In this document: positions 13,101 through 20,149 of the stretch, one piece after another
Layout: every line of letters starts with the position of its first letter
Numbering within the stretch: position 1 is the first letter of the stretch
Source: a virus
IMG/VR virus record: IMGVR_UViG_3300027759_003534
Location: 96,001-160,000 of that record
Strand: one strand, 5' to 3'
Length of the DNA stretch: 64,000 nt
The notes under the pieces: model-generated
The model's input: only the letters and a program-made list of their open reading frames with translations
What the model was told of the DNA's origin: nothing
Databases searched by the model: none
Made by a program: the position numbers and the translations under genes

Positions 13101-15939
13101 TATTGACGGAGACTATCCTAACTTTACTACAGCCGCTATAAAATTAGTGCCTGTAATGAGCAACAATTTAGTCAGAAGCATCAAGACCACTATCAAGTAC
13201 GACCGTTATCAATATGTCACTACCATTTATGAATGGCAGGCCAATGTAGTCTATTCTGAAGGCGAGCAGGTGCGTTGGAACAATCGTGTTTGGTCAGCCA
13301 ATACCACACAATCGTCTTCAACCTTTGTTATTGAAGAGTGGAATTTAGTCGACGCTGATTCATTAAGTGGTGTAGATCGCACCATGGGATTCTATGTGCC
13401 TACGGTTAATATGCCTGGACTTAGCTTGCCACTTTTAATTGATGGAGTTAGCTATCCAGGTGTACAAGTTGATGCTCCGGACTTTAATCAAAACACTGGG
13501 TTTGATGTGGGCAACTACGATATCAACCCATTTGACAATCTTTCGTATGATGCTTCTGGTCGCCCAACTTACGACCCGGCAATCTTGGATGCTCGCTACA
13601 GTAGCGAATATATAGACCCATACCTTGGTACCAGAGCTACAGACATCAACGTGGACGGCGGCAAATATGTTGGGCCTTACAGTAGCCATGCGCCAGAAGA
13701 GCTAGTACCAGGTGCAGAATTTGACACCCTAGATCTACGTGTGTACACACGTCCTGGAGCGGACTGGTTGCAACGCGGTCATGGATTCCCAAGTGCCAAC
13801 ATTAAATACACTGTAAGTTTATCCGAGTTAATTTTAAGTTTTGCTGGACTATTGCCATACACAGCCCTAGTATCAGTGGCCAATCAAACCCAAAGTATAG
13901 ACCTGCACCTAGATGGTGATTACACAGTAGACTATGTAGCCCAAACTGTAACCATGATACCCAGTGGCAATGTCAACACTGACGACATAATTGTAATCAC
14001 TGCCTACGAAATTGGAGGCGGTAATCAACTTTACAAAAATATATACAACGGTGCTGATGTAGGCAATACTATTACAGTTCCTGTGGCCTATTATACTGCT
14101 ACCGGCACTGAACAAATACAAGAATTTGTAATTTTTGTAAATGGCGTAATAACCACTGATTATACCTATGCCGCAGATGGTGCGCAAAATACCACTGTTA
14201 CGTTTGACACAACCTACACAAATACCGATAGCATTGCCTTGTATGTGCTGGCACCTACCGTAGTAAATGATACCACAGTTAATTACAGTTGGAGTGCACC
14301 ACAAACACAGTTAATTGATGGTGTTACTTCTGTGTTGACTTATACCCTTGACAACAATCTTGAGTATGTAAATCCAGACAGTGTAATAGTCACAGTCAAC
14401 GGTGTTCGTGCTAGAACTGCGGCAGGAATCCGTCATGTGGGCGATGGTAGTACAGCTTACACCTTGCCAGACAGACTAGGATTCAGTCAGTCTATAATTG
14501 TAGACAACGAAGTACATGTGTATATTGATGATGAGCCGCAAATATTGTATGTGGATTTTGTATTAGAACCCTACGATGGCACGCTAAGAGAAGTGATCTT
14601 TATTACAGAACCGCCTGTTGGTTCAGAGATACTGATCTATGTAATAACCAATACTCAATGCTATGTCAACGGTAATCAACTGGTATTTAATTCAATCGGC
14701 GGTCTTGTTCCTATTGACGGCGAGGTTATAGCTGTTACCACCTGGAATGACACACGTCAACAACAAATATTAAGTCAGTGTTTTGTAGGCCCTGTTACTA
14801 CCGGAGTCACAGTAGTAGAACCCTACGACAGTACCGACTTTGATGTAGGAACTGTTACTGGTGCCGCAGGTAGCTATGATTATAGCTCTGGTGTTACTGT
14901 GACTATAAACAATCTTGATATGGGCGTTGTAATAACCGACCCAGATCGTTTGTGGGTATCATTAAATGGGCGTAGACTGTTTAACAATATTGGATTCACT
15001 GTGAGCGGCACTGAGGTAATTTTGACGTCTGGTATCTTAGGAGCAGCTGACGTGGTTATGATCACACAGTTTACAAATTTTGTAGTGCCAGAAAGCATGG
15101 CTTTCCGCATATTCCAAGACATGCGTGGAGTGCAGGCTACTTACCGCATCACCCCAGCAACTACCACCACTACTACATCTGCTGTGACTGTCAATACTGA
15201 CATAATCTATGTGGCCAATGCTGGTGCACTAGCTGAACCTAATTTTGATATCAACATTTGGGGAGTTGCAACCATCAACGCCGAACGCATTATGTATCGT
15301 TACAGAGATACAGCAAATAATACTATCAGTGGGTTGATGCGTGGCACGGCTGGCACAGCCATTACAGCACATGCCAATGGATCCATAGTGTACAATATGG
15401 GTCGTAGCAACTTGTTGCCAGAAAATTATCAAGATTACCTTGTGAGTACCAATACCCTGGGTGATGGAACCACTACTGTTTTTACTGCTGATAATATCAA
15501 TTTAACCTCCGAAGATAGTACATTGCGCTTAGATGCACTTGAAGTATACGTGGGTGGAATCAAACAATCAGAACATTTTATTGGTAACGGTAGTACTGTT
15601 AAATTTGCACTAACTGGAATAGTTGCGTTAACAGATTCAATTGTAACTGTTAACGGAGCCGTGCAAACCAGTGTTACAGATTACTCAATAACCAACACAA
15701 CATTGACATTTGTGACCGCTCCAGAATCTGAATCCATAGTTCAAGTTTCTGGCTATACACTTGTTGCTAGCAACCCAGTTGAAATTGTGTTTGAAACAGC
15801 GCCAGCAGCTGGTAGCGAGGTTACACTGTTGGTACGCCGTGGAGTTACATGGTATGCGCAAGGCTCTGGCACCGCCAGCAATGGTAATCCGTTGCAGATT
15901 ACCGAAACAGCGGCCGCAAGGTTTTTACGGGGCTTATAA
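1195..15939 (+). CDS. Giant (4914 aa) modular virion structural / baseplate-adhesin protein
   Basis: Uninterrupted 14.7-kb ORF. It has five FG-GAP/integrin-alpha-like 'LxVGAP' motifs (about 8160, 9335, 9730, 10405, 10662), three CBM5/12-like 'W-x-A-x-T-x-Y-x-x-G' modules (about 6889, 12846, 13231), cupredoxin-like segments near 1720-2090, and repeated GDGxT motifs. ATG at 1195 overlaps the upstream stop. Confidence 0.75.
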   Translation: MKQVRSVDFLPEIFQTPVNKQFLSATLDQLIQNPEYTQTQGFIGRRVGPGVNANDRYVVEPTKTRTDYQLEPGVVQVNPEDTRKVVDAITYPGITNALQLQGAFTNNGDRLYTSDYYTWDPFVDFDKFINYAQYYWVPEGPLAVDVSSTDIPLTDNFTVTRANGVYTFSGIAGDNPAITLVRGGNYTFNVAQNQTETVNFRVTNNNASSWNIDFLPNPTLTLTRGNTYVFNLSQSFPWAFYFKTELSLGTTNVYSDGVFNNGAANGLITFTVPQDAPDVLFYCNDVEINLRGQLNIVDGTPGTGPGFWIQSDPGVNGRVIATPNISSRDVLGVSNNGEDLGTVTFDVPLATAQNFYYNMPSIGTVDLVTNLQFDQINNQFLEPFFAANRNGIDGITNLENRTIAFITQDSNPDTGGWQQTTFFDPLLNAGNVQSGIGSFDSTTFSQTTVIADQATQYSVWRIQYLTAEGGGGIYMSLQFVENVDLNNKFTVGFGTEYSSTGWYKNADGFFEQIPLLTADKNVLFYQDGTDPEIVGRINLIDLDMSTTIDVDAIIGSPTYTSPNGVTFTNGMKVVFRGNVYPTGYRNNEYYVEGVGTAIQLLSVLDYVTPETYTNSQTIPYDSTPYDSNNFDGNLNQPTVPDYLTINRASLDLNAWTRSNRWFHIDVITASAEYNNTTPVVNNLFRARRPILEFRAGTRLFDFGTDGLAPVDIIDTVQTDAITNVNGALGYSTDGYTLINGSTIIFAADTDPEVRRTVYEVQFAITNTNADDSTIVDVPVIVLMPIATALIDQTTVIVSGNTEQGLSYYYDGVAWIEAQQKISVNQPPLFDIYDTNGISFGNRAIYPSSNFTGSPLFSYAIGNADPDLILGFPLTYLSLTNIGDIVFDNNFYKDSFNYTINSAGQTVPLSTGFVREYSTRVTFNREIGWQTAVTPSLVRQQFQFTYDGNPLLLDVAVNANTIVPAVQIYANGQFQEAYNYQYTVGSNTTTINLLTMYVPGDLIEVTVLSDQVSAAGFYEVPINLENNPLNGNSDQFTLGTIRNHYIGLTENLIALQGPPIGANNTRDLGNIVPYGLQILQQSSPLTLTGYFMRDANYNIFASLAYNSTEYIKFKSQLLNAVTTFSIADYGNWTVAKLLDQSIAQITTGRTNINPFYWSDMLPTGTVFTSNSYTVNPITTNRFNTEQTYDFTTSNYKGLCVYINNILLTRDYGYVVSIESSTLTILLPLTVGDVVTINEYADTAGNFVPNTPTKLGLYPKYEPKIFLDEDYVNPTPVIQGHDGSITVAFGDIRDQVLLEFEQRIFNNLKNDGNPPPVVAEDVIPGYFRTTDYTQAEVNQILGENFLAWVGANKLNYTSQTYIADNEFTYNYSQAGNRIDQQPLLGAWRGIYRWFYDTLTPNITPWEMLGLSEQPDWWENTYGPAPYTSDNLVLWEDLAAGLIKDPVAPYINPKYIRAGLTSVIPVDSQGQLLPPFYSVMGAYNPNGFVKSWQVGDGGPVEASWWSSSSYPFAIMRLLILTRPADFFSLFADRDLYKYSAEFDQYLYNGRYRIQPQNIQVYGNGVSKASYINWIIDYNQQLGIDSTDALTTDLANLDVRLCYRAASFIAQQNLAMYLEKGSPNSQNSSLLIPPESYNLLLYKNQPFNRIDYSAVIVEVVDGGYSVYGYSTVTPYFSTLASQVTGLTQTLTGGNISVTVPKQYTDRTIQIPYGYTFTNLTSVVDFLLSYGQYLGSQGLRFITRENGYTLDWIQMAQEFLYFANQGWADGTIINLNPSATQVISFRAGAVVDSIVTYTPENLLLDQNRQAFNARNLIIQREGNTFRLNPEPGGSQTINYLQLKFTDYEDMVVLDNRTIFNDLIYNTVTGERQNRLKLIAATSTQWNGTLNAQGFILNQNNVVAWKANTKYTKGDIVIYKNSYWQAATIIQPKLKFEYADWYKSNYDAIQQGLLQNLATKADQLANSYNTQTANLNRDNDLLAYNLIGFTPRQYMVDLNLSDTSQISLYQQFIKTKGSTQATDLFTQVDFNPLTAQYNIYENWGILVGTYGAQANRSWFEIALNEAVLTGNPSTVQIIQPGTISQADQSILLSNLWAESYAIPNTDILPTTYNTNSDTALPSAGYVNINDVDITVFNLNNPSNIAANLSTVGNGTTIWVAQDNSYDWNIYQCAQVTGRVTQLTDNLNGTSRAQFSTTVDLAVGDLIIIRYFSDAVDGVYRVLSRPTIDSVVIQYAFTNSNQTTLTGIGIVFYLQTMRVSQASDVGTLPYVNQLIPGATAWVDNDGSGRWEVIQKTNPFAPIDTLSATTPEANSLFGASVSQSADRYALLVGAPAAASGSGAVYTYRLGNVNDYVENTELLLLATDTSGYGCSVDFGNRTWAVAGANTSNSGAGYATILYLIPGTNDYVQTQLLVAPDQDFSAIGFGTSVQISDNERWIYISAPGANQVYAYGRVDVPSQSVSYIANGTTATFVYNNNIMIDSTYPDQLLVTVNNNLQVYGTDYTINGVLIQFLTTPGANNTVRIQRRTAVQLDFETYVGVTQSSTTGSGSGSTFTVTNTRGDYSVSLTAPGINYAVGNQLTISYLQVDPVGSAANNITVTVTAVTSGGITGFTWTGSGVNNTAVFSLTNYLYTVTTYDSFRVNVNGVLQRPYIDYTFSSGTLTFVTVPIPGAIITVQSAEEGAYWQYVNTLDSNYYPITVDPNAQLGHSLATNIVGTQILVGAPYDSAVNSAGDTIDNAGAVYAFDRSIVKYIITNTTQLTYAIPGEYTNPVAVVLNKQYLTNTAQYINGEFTVSGSAIVLSSSVPLTVGDTLEIETNQFQFVQRFTTNTVIDESQFGHSIDICPNSCSVYVGAPLDSFASGVPQAGMVQRQVNQSRVYGITTSTVANPTLTAGDTIRVNHTEVTVPNSPNNTVAGLVTAINSAGIPNIVATNATNVILIGDGATKIFNIGNIYSAASAYTTVVYINNALQVAGMNYTYNNTTQQIAFVSTPALGAEILVVAGRMTVSVINLAASEEFNKLTVLPGVAANDSTIGSAFYDLGFVTYAYTQTITSPAPTDFAQFGAAVNVNTGAVNLVVGAPNGNVYEPTTFDAGETYFDDRSTTFFGYIRNSGVVFTYDFLPSADGSISNPGQFVFGQQVYVTTLATGDLFGTAVNYRNGRLLVGAPGSDLGDSSVNYGSVSVLNNANDAAVWQVLYAQQPVVDVNLINSVYSYDKLLNSTQTYFDYIDPLQGKILGVARRNIDYIGAVDPASYNTGTVHNIGTSWGPAHEGEIWWDTNSVRFINANQDNIDYASRRWGQVFPGSTINIYQWTASSVPPVNYTGTGIPLSTTSYTVYSSVDNQGLLITTYYFWVVGINTVATTHGKTLSATAIASYILNPSSSGLPYIAALSANSVAIYNADTLLSAFDTILHIEYDRQAPGGDNDIHTEYAFIADGQADAFLNANLYRKFLDSFCGATVTGAAVPDPLLSPGIQYGVQFRPRQSMFANRFKALENYLGYANTVLAQYPISETRSFRLLNSSEPTPAVNSGAWNYEVATLEILAYQDLYVVPIGYLYLVLSDTSQDGRWTIYEVALGTLPGERVLNLVQVQNYDTPLYWNYINWYLPGYNSSIQPVATVANTAGLQTLSLTQAPVGGSVKVTANGQGKFEIYLRTTLGFDRVGLEDGTIKFSSVLWDYAAGGYGFDAEVFDANYFDQEPVLETRQIIKAINEELFIDDLLINRNQALILAFKFIYSEFTSPNWLFKSSYINVDHVIRGLLPYELYQPDNQTFVLDYLNEVKPYHVQNLAFNLIYDGIDTYPGALTDYDVPAYWNTTLALPQFISPVLTPYTYSDSVNQSFTSDTASNAQIWLERPWSDWVNNYTLNVDSIDVIDTTTTYTIVPVITIGAEWTADTAYTVGEQIAYRNNLYTVTVAGTTSNTAPTITLGSVVNGTATLTYTGPRAQASAVLRANGTIATVTITVHGSGYLTTPLIAIDGDYPNFTTAAIKLVPVMSNNLVRSIKTTIKYDRYQYVTTIYEWQANVVYSEGEQVRWNNRVWSANTTQSSSTFVIEEWNLVDADSLSGVDRTMGFYVPTVNMPGLSLPLLIDGVSYPGVQVDAPDFNQNTGFDVGNYDINPFDNLSYDASGRPTYDPAILDARYSSEYIDPYLGTRATDINVDGGKYVGPYSSHAPEELVPGAEFDTLDLRVYTRPGADWLQRGHGFPSANIKYTVSLSELILSFAGLLPYTALVSVANQTQSIDLHLDGDYTVDYVAQTVTMIPSGNVNTDDIIVITAYEIGGGNQLYKNIYNGADVGNTITVPVAYYTATGTEQIQEFVIFVNGVITTDYTYAADGAQNTTVTFDTTYTNTDSIALYVLAPTVVNDTTVNYSWSAPQTQLIDGVTSVLTYTLDNNLEYVNPDSVIVTVNGVRARTAAGIRHVGDGSTAYTLPDRLGFSQSIIVDNEVHVYIDDEPQILYVDFVLEPYDGTLREVIFITEPPVGSEILIYVITNTQCYVNGNQLVFNSIGGLVPIDGEVIAVTTWNDTRQQQILSQCFVGPVTTGVTVVEPYDSTDFDVGTVTGAAGSYDYSSGVTVTINNLDMGVVITDPDRLWVSLNGRRLFNNIGFTVSGTEVILTSGILGAADVVMITQFTNFVVPESMAFRIFQDMRGVQATYRITPATTTTTTSAVTVNTDIIYVANAGALAEPNFDINIWGVATINAERIMYRYRDTANNTISGLMRGTAGTAITAHANGSIVYNMGRSNLLPENYQDYLVSTNTLGDGTTTVFTADNINLTSEDSTLRLDALEVYVGGIKQSEHFIGNGSTVKFALTGIVALTDSIVTVNGAVQTSVTDYSITNTTLTFVTAPESESIVQVSGYTLVASNPVEIVFETAPAAGSEVTLLVRRGVTWYAQGSGTASNGNPLQITETAAARFLRGL

Positions 15940-15945
15940 TCCAGG

Positions 15946-15951
15946 TAAATA
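15946..15951 (+). promoter_or_regulatory. TAAATA late-promoter-like motif
   Basis: GTAAATA lies 7 nt upstream of ATG 15959; the same hexamer occurs at 16690-16695 and 16715-16720. It resembles the T4-type late promoter core TATAAATA. Confidence 0.4.
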
Positions 15952-15958
15952 AATTACA

Positions 15959-16090
15959 ATGAGCGATAATACTAAACAACCAACTCCTGCACCAAAACGC
16001 CCCAACGAAACTGGGTCTATCAGTGTTGAAGGATTTATAAAGATTTTTGATCCAAAAACCAAACAAGTATTTGTGGAGAAACGAGCATGA
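15959..16090 (+). CDS. 43-aa protein paralogous to the N-terminus of the next gene (not in ORF track)
   Basis: MSDNTKQPTPAPKRPNETGSISVEGFIKIFDPKTKQVFVEKRA*. Its stop overlaps ATG 16087 (ATGA). It aligns with GLCKIEGFVKITDPTTGAVLLDKKNA. Confidence 0.7.
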   Translation: MSDNTKQPTPAPKRPNETGSISVEGFIKIFDPKTKQVFVEKRA

Positions 16091-16692
16091 TCCAACCAGG
16101 CCTATGTAAAATTGAAGGGTTTGTTAAGATTACAGATCCCACCACAGGCGCAGTCTTGTTAGACAAAAAGAACGCAATTCACTACGAAAACATCAGTATT
16201 TGTATGGCCAATACTTTAGCTGATAGAAACACTGGATACATTTATAAAATGGCATTTGGCAATGGTGGCAGTGCTGTAGATCCCACAGGCGTTATTACCT
16301 ATTTGCCACCAAACACCACTGGACAAAATGCCAGCCTGTACAACGAAACCTACAGCAAAGTAGTTGACGATAACTCAGCTGCCAATACAGATCCTGCTAA
16401 CAACTACATGACTGTGGTACACACGTCGGGTAATGTGTACACTGATATCATAACCACTTGTTTGTTGGATTACGGCGAGCCTGCTGGACAGCAAGCATTT
16501 GATAATAGCACCAACTTTAATGGTGAATATGTGTTTGACGAGCTAGGGCTACAGTGCTGGAACGGAAGCGCCAGTGATTTATTATTAATCACCCATGTAA
16601 TTTTTCACCCGGTACAAAAGAGTTTAAATCGTCAGATACAGATAGATTATACTTTACGTATTCAAACTTTAACTAACTTGAGTGCGGCATAA
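16087..16692 (+). CDS. Virion structural protein (tail/baseplate-associated)
   Basis: 201-aa ORF within the structural operon; ends FDELGL...LITHVIFHPVQKSLNRQIQIDYTLRIQ. Confidence 0.55.
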   Translation: MIQPGLCKIEGFVKITDPTTGAVLLDKKNAIHYENISICMANTLADRNTGYIYKMAFGNGGSAVDPTGVITYLPPNTTGQNASLYNETYSKVVDDNSAANTDPANNYMTVVHTSGNVYTDIITTCLLDYGEPAGQQAFDNSTNFNGEYVFDELGLQCWNGSASDLLLITHVIFHPVQKSLNRQIQIDYTLRIQTLTNLSAA

Positions 16693-16739
16693 ATATGAGT
16701 ATATTATTTTGCGGTAAATACATGAATACGGAGCAATAA

Positions 16740-18020
16740 ATGTCATATACAATTAACTTAACAGATGGTGCGTTATTTGCTACCATAGCAGATGGTACAA
16801 TCAATACCTCCAGCTCAATGACTTTGGTAGGTAAAAACTACGCCGGATACGGTCAGTTTTTGGATACTAACTTTATCCATCTGTTGGAAAATGCATCAAA
16901 TACTACAGCCCCGGGTGCACCGCTTACTGGTCAACTTTGGTGGGACTCCGGCAACGGCTTAATGAAGGTGTATACCGGTACTACATGGAAAACCATCAGT
17001 AGTGCTACTTCTAGTTCAACTGCTCCAAGTAATAATGTAACCGGTGACTTGTGGTACGACACAGTAAATCAACAGTTAAATGTATGGACTGGTACAGCAT
17101 GGTTATTGGTTGGTCCACAATTCACAGCCGGTCAAGGCACAACAGGGGCCATTGCAGCTACAATTACAGATAACACAAGTGTTACTCACACTGTTATTGA
17201 ATTATATGTAAACGATAGTATTGTGGGTATTGTAAGCAAGGACGCTACCTTTACTCCAGCTGTAGCAATTCCTGGATACACTACAGTTCGCCCTGGTATT
17301 ACTTTAGCTACAATAGTTGGCAGTCAAGTTCCATTGTTTCAAGGCACCTCTACTGATTCACTATCGTTGGGTGGAGTGCTTGCTACCTCGTTTATGCGCA
17401 CAGATGCCAACACCAGTACAAGTGGTACTTTATCGGTACTTAACAACACTGGCCTAGCAGTTGGCGCAAGCAGTAACTTTAGAGTTTCAGTATCTGGTAA
17501 TGATGTTACCCTAAGAAATCAAACATCAGGTGGCAATCTTTATTTAGGTGTCAACGTGGCAGGAAATGTCTCGCCAACCCTAACCATGTTTGGATCCAAT
17601 GGTGCCATCAGCGGTAATCAAATCAATGCCAACTATGCCGACGTTGCAGAACGCTTTGAAGCTGACGAAGTCATGCTTCCTGGCACTGTGGTTGAGCTTG
17701 GCGGCTCAGCAGAAATCACTCAAGTTTCAGCTGAATTAAGCGAAAAAGTGTTTGGAGTCATAAGTACACGAGCAGCATATTTGATGAACAGTTCAGCAGG
17801 CTCAGACGCTACACATCCCCCAGTTGCAATGACTGGACGAGTACCTGTTAATGTTGTTGGTTCAATTGCCCGAGGCGATAGATTGGTCAGTGCTGGCAAT
17901 GGTCTAGCGAGAGCTGCACAAGCAGGAGAAGCTACTGCGTTCAACGTAATTGGCCGTGCATTAAGAGATAAATTAGACACAGGCCCTGGCACTGTAGAAG
18001 CTATCGTAACAATTAAATAA
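16740..18020 (+). CDS. Tail fibre protein with C-terminal intramolecular-chaperone (peptidase G2-like) domain
   Basis: T/G/S-rich body with 'GQLWWDS' and 'GDLWYDT' fibre repeats. The C-terminal 'ANYADVAERFEAD...PGTVV...GVIST..AYLMN...VAMTGRVPV' pattern resembles autocleaving chaperone domains. Confidence 0.7.
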   Translation: MSYTINLTDGALFATIADGTINTSSSMTLVGKNYAGYGQFLDTNFIHLLENASNTTAPGAPLTGQLWWDSGNGLMKVYTGTTWKTISSATSSSTAPSNNVTGDLWYDTVNQQLNVWTGTAWLLVGPQFTAGQGTTGAIAATITDNTSVTHTVIELYVNDSIVGIVSKDATFTPAVAIPGYTTVRPGITLATIVGSQVPLFQGTSTDSLSLGGVLATSFMRTDANTSTSGTLSVLNNTGLAVGASSNFRVSVSGNDVTLRNQTSGGNLYLGVNVAGNVSPTLTMFGSNGAISGNQINANYADVAERFEADEVMLPGTVVELGGSAEITQVSAELSEKVFGVISTRAAYLMNSSAGSDATHPPVAMTGRVPVNVVGSIARGDRLVSAGNGLARAAQAGEATAFNVIGRALRDKLDTGPGTVEAIVTIK

Positions 18021-18036
18021 TATCAAGGATTAAACA

Positions 18037-19020
18037 ATGACTTATTCAGCAGGTGGACTAATACAAGCAACAGACTATAATGGGTTTGTTAGCACAACAT
18101 CGGGTGCAAACGTTAATGCAACGTGGAGCACTGGAACTACCAATGCTGGATGGGGTCAAACAGCACTAGGCACAGTAAGTGCTGGTGGCACGGTAACTGC
18201 AACACAATGGGCTAGTTTAGTCAACACCTTGTCAGCCATGGGCAGTCAAACCGGTACCTCAATTACCAGTAGAAGTGCACCAACTGCTGGTCAAACTATC
18301 AGCGTGTTGGCGGCTGTTAACACAGACTTGACAAACTGTTACACCAATCGTGGTAATGCTGCAGGATCTGGAACAGCATATGGCACGTTCTCAGGTACAA
18401 CAAGCAAAACTAGTGCCACAGGATCTGGTCAATCTGCCTGGACTATTACATTTACACACACTATCACATTCCCAAGTGCAGATCAAACCCGTTATTTCTT
18501 TAACGCTGGTGGCATTATAAAACTTCAGTACGGAAAATCAAGTACAGGCACCGACGTTGACCCAGACTGGAACACTCTTGCAGGATGGTGTGGAAGTATC
18601 AATATTACCGGCGGTGCGCAAACCATTGCCGGCCAAGCCTATACAGGAACTACCAGAATTGGCGGCACTGGCGGCACACAAACTACATTGGCCACTGGAA
18701 CAGGGTGGTATGCACTTACAGGCTCGCCCGCTACTATATTCCAACTAAATAATTCAGGTGGGCCTTACACAGGTGAGTATATTCGTACCACAGCCACAGC
18801 AACTTCAAGCACAGTTTTGACCTTGGTTACAACTTGGGTCAGTGACGGATCAACCGGTGCTGGTACTAGTGCTAATATTTCTGGTGGCACAGCCACTGCC
18901 AGCCCAAACACCACAATCACCGGTACAGCACCAACTACTTTGGTCACGTACCTTCCACCAAGCACAACTTATCTAACCGATTCGTGGGGAACCCCAACTA
19001 TTGCGGCTAGTGTAGCCTAA
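18037..19020 (+). CDS. T/G/S-rich tail-associated structural protein
   Basis: 327 aa, strongly Thr/Gly/Ser/Ala-rich; last gene before a terminator. Confidence 0.55.
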   Translation: MTYSAGGLIQATDYNGFVSTTSGANVNATWSTGTTNAGWGQTALGTVSAGGTVTATQWASLVNTLSAMGSQTGTSITSRSAPTAGQTISVLAAVNTDLTNCYTNRGNAAGSGTAYGTFSGTTSKTSATGSGQSAWTITFTHTITFPSADQTRYFFNAGGIIKLQYGKSSTGTDVDPDWNTLAGWCGSINITGGAQTIAGQAYTGTTRIGGTGGTQTTLATGTGWYALTGSPATIFQLNNSGGPYTGEYIRTTATATSSTVLTLVTTWVSDGSTGAGTSANISGGTATASPNTTITGTAPTTLVTYLPPSTTYLTDSWGTPTIAASVA

Positions 19021-19039
19021 TAGCAGTTTAGCTTTACCA

Positions 19040-19075
19040 AAAGGGTCTTAGGACCCTTTACTTTTATCTTCTTTT
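19040..19075 (+). terminator. Rho-independent terminator
   Basis: AAAGGGTC-TTAG-GACCCTTT hairpin followed by ACTTTTATCTTCTTTT, about 20 nt after the stop at 19020. Confidence 0.8.
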
Positions 19076-19091
19076 GTAGTACAATAAATGT

Positions 19092-19397
19092 ATGAATACT
19101 GACGAACTTGTTGCCTACGCTCGTGCCCGTTTTGACCATGCAACCGCGCGACGCACACTTAAAGAAAAATATCAAGCCAAACTAACAGTTGCCCATGCTG
19201 GCGGAATGTGGTTAGCTGGTCCAGAATTATTGGCTGTATTGGCCGCTTGTGCAGGCCCATCAGCAGTTGTCCTTGACTTATATGACACGCCAGTGAAAGT
19301 AGTGCCTAACGAGTTTCAAGATTTAGTGCGTACTCACTGGCAAGAACAAATGAACGCTTGGCTTGTAGAATACGAAGAGCTTAATCAAAATAGATGA
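19092..19397 (+). CDS. Hypothetical protein
   Basis: 101-aa ORF coupled to the next gene by an ATGA overlap. Confidence 0.7.
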   Translation: MNTDELVAYARARFDHATARRTLKEKYQAKLTVAHAGGMWLAGPELLAVLAACAGPSAVVLDLYDTPVKVVPNEFQDLVRTHWQEQMNAWLVEYEELNQNR

Positions 19398-20149
19398 CAA
19401 CAGGTGCATTAATATTTGCCCGCAATAATGAGCAGATTAACTATGAGGCAATGGCTCACTGGTCGGCTAAGAATATTGAACGACATCTTGGTATCCCAAC
19501 ACACATTGTAACCGATGATTCTGCACCATCTACCAACACAAGACACTTTACAGATGTTGGCCCAGTTACATGGCACAATCTCAATCGCATGGATGCTTAT
19601 CAACTGAGTCCGTGGGATTGCACTCTAGTGCTAGATGCAGACTATGTTGTGGCTAGCGATCAGTTACAATCTGTGCTAGACATAGACCAAGATTTTTTAG
19701 CACATCGCTGGGCGTACGATATTACCGGCAACAACAACTTTGAAGGGCTTAATTACTTTGGAAACAATCGTATGCCCATGTGGTGGGCAACTGTAATGAT
19801 GTTTCGTCGCAGTCGACACGCAGAATTAATTTTTGACTCAATGCAGATGATCCGAGACAACTGGACTCATTATAGGAATTTGTATAAAAATACAAATGCA
19901 ACTTATCGTAACGACCATGCGCTTAGTATTGCCCTAGGCATAGTTAACGGGCATACATTAGATCATGCTGGTATTCCTTGGGCATTGGCCAGTTTAACAC
20001 CTGATCATAAATTAACACAGCTAGATCAAGACAGTTACAGAGTAGATTTTGTAAACACAGAAAATAACCTACGCTGGATAACATTAACACAAGACTTCCA
20101 CGCTATGGGCAAACAACAACTAGGAGAGATCGTTGCCAATCACTGCTGA
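19394..20149 (+). CDS. GT-A fold nucleotide-sugar transferase-like protein
   Basis: 'AYQLSPWDCTLVLDADYVV' carries a DxD motif; paralog of the next gene. Confidence 0.55.
   Translation: MTTGALIFARNNEQINYEAMAHWSAKNIERHLGIPTHIVTDDSAPSTNTRHFTDVGPVTWHNLNRMDAYQLSPWDCTLVLDADYVVASDQLQSVLDIDQDFLAHRWAYDITGNNNFEGLNYFGNNRMPMWWATVMMFRRSRHAELIFDSMQMIRDNWTHYRNLYKNTNATYRNDHALSIALGIVNGHTLDHAGIPWALASLTPDHKLTQLDQDSYRVDFVNTENNLRWITLTQDFHAMGKQQLGEIVANHC

Noticed and set aside
518-15432. Numerous 60-130-aa alternative-frame and antisense ORFs within the structural genes (and similar ones across the window)
   Set aside because: They lie entirely inside long, motif-bearing ORFs and have no RBS or recognisable motifs.
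15959-16692. Programmed frameshift fusing the 43-aa ORF to the 201-aa gene
   Set aside because: No slippery heptamer at the junction; the ATGA overlap is the ordinary coupling used throughout; a fusion would duplicate the same module.
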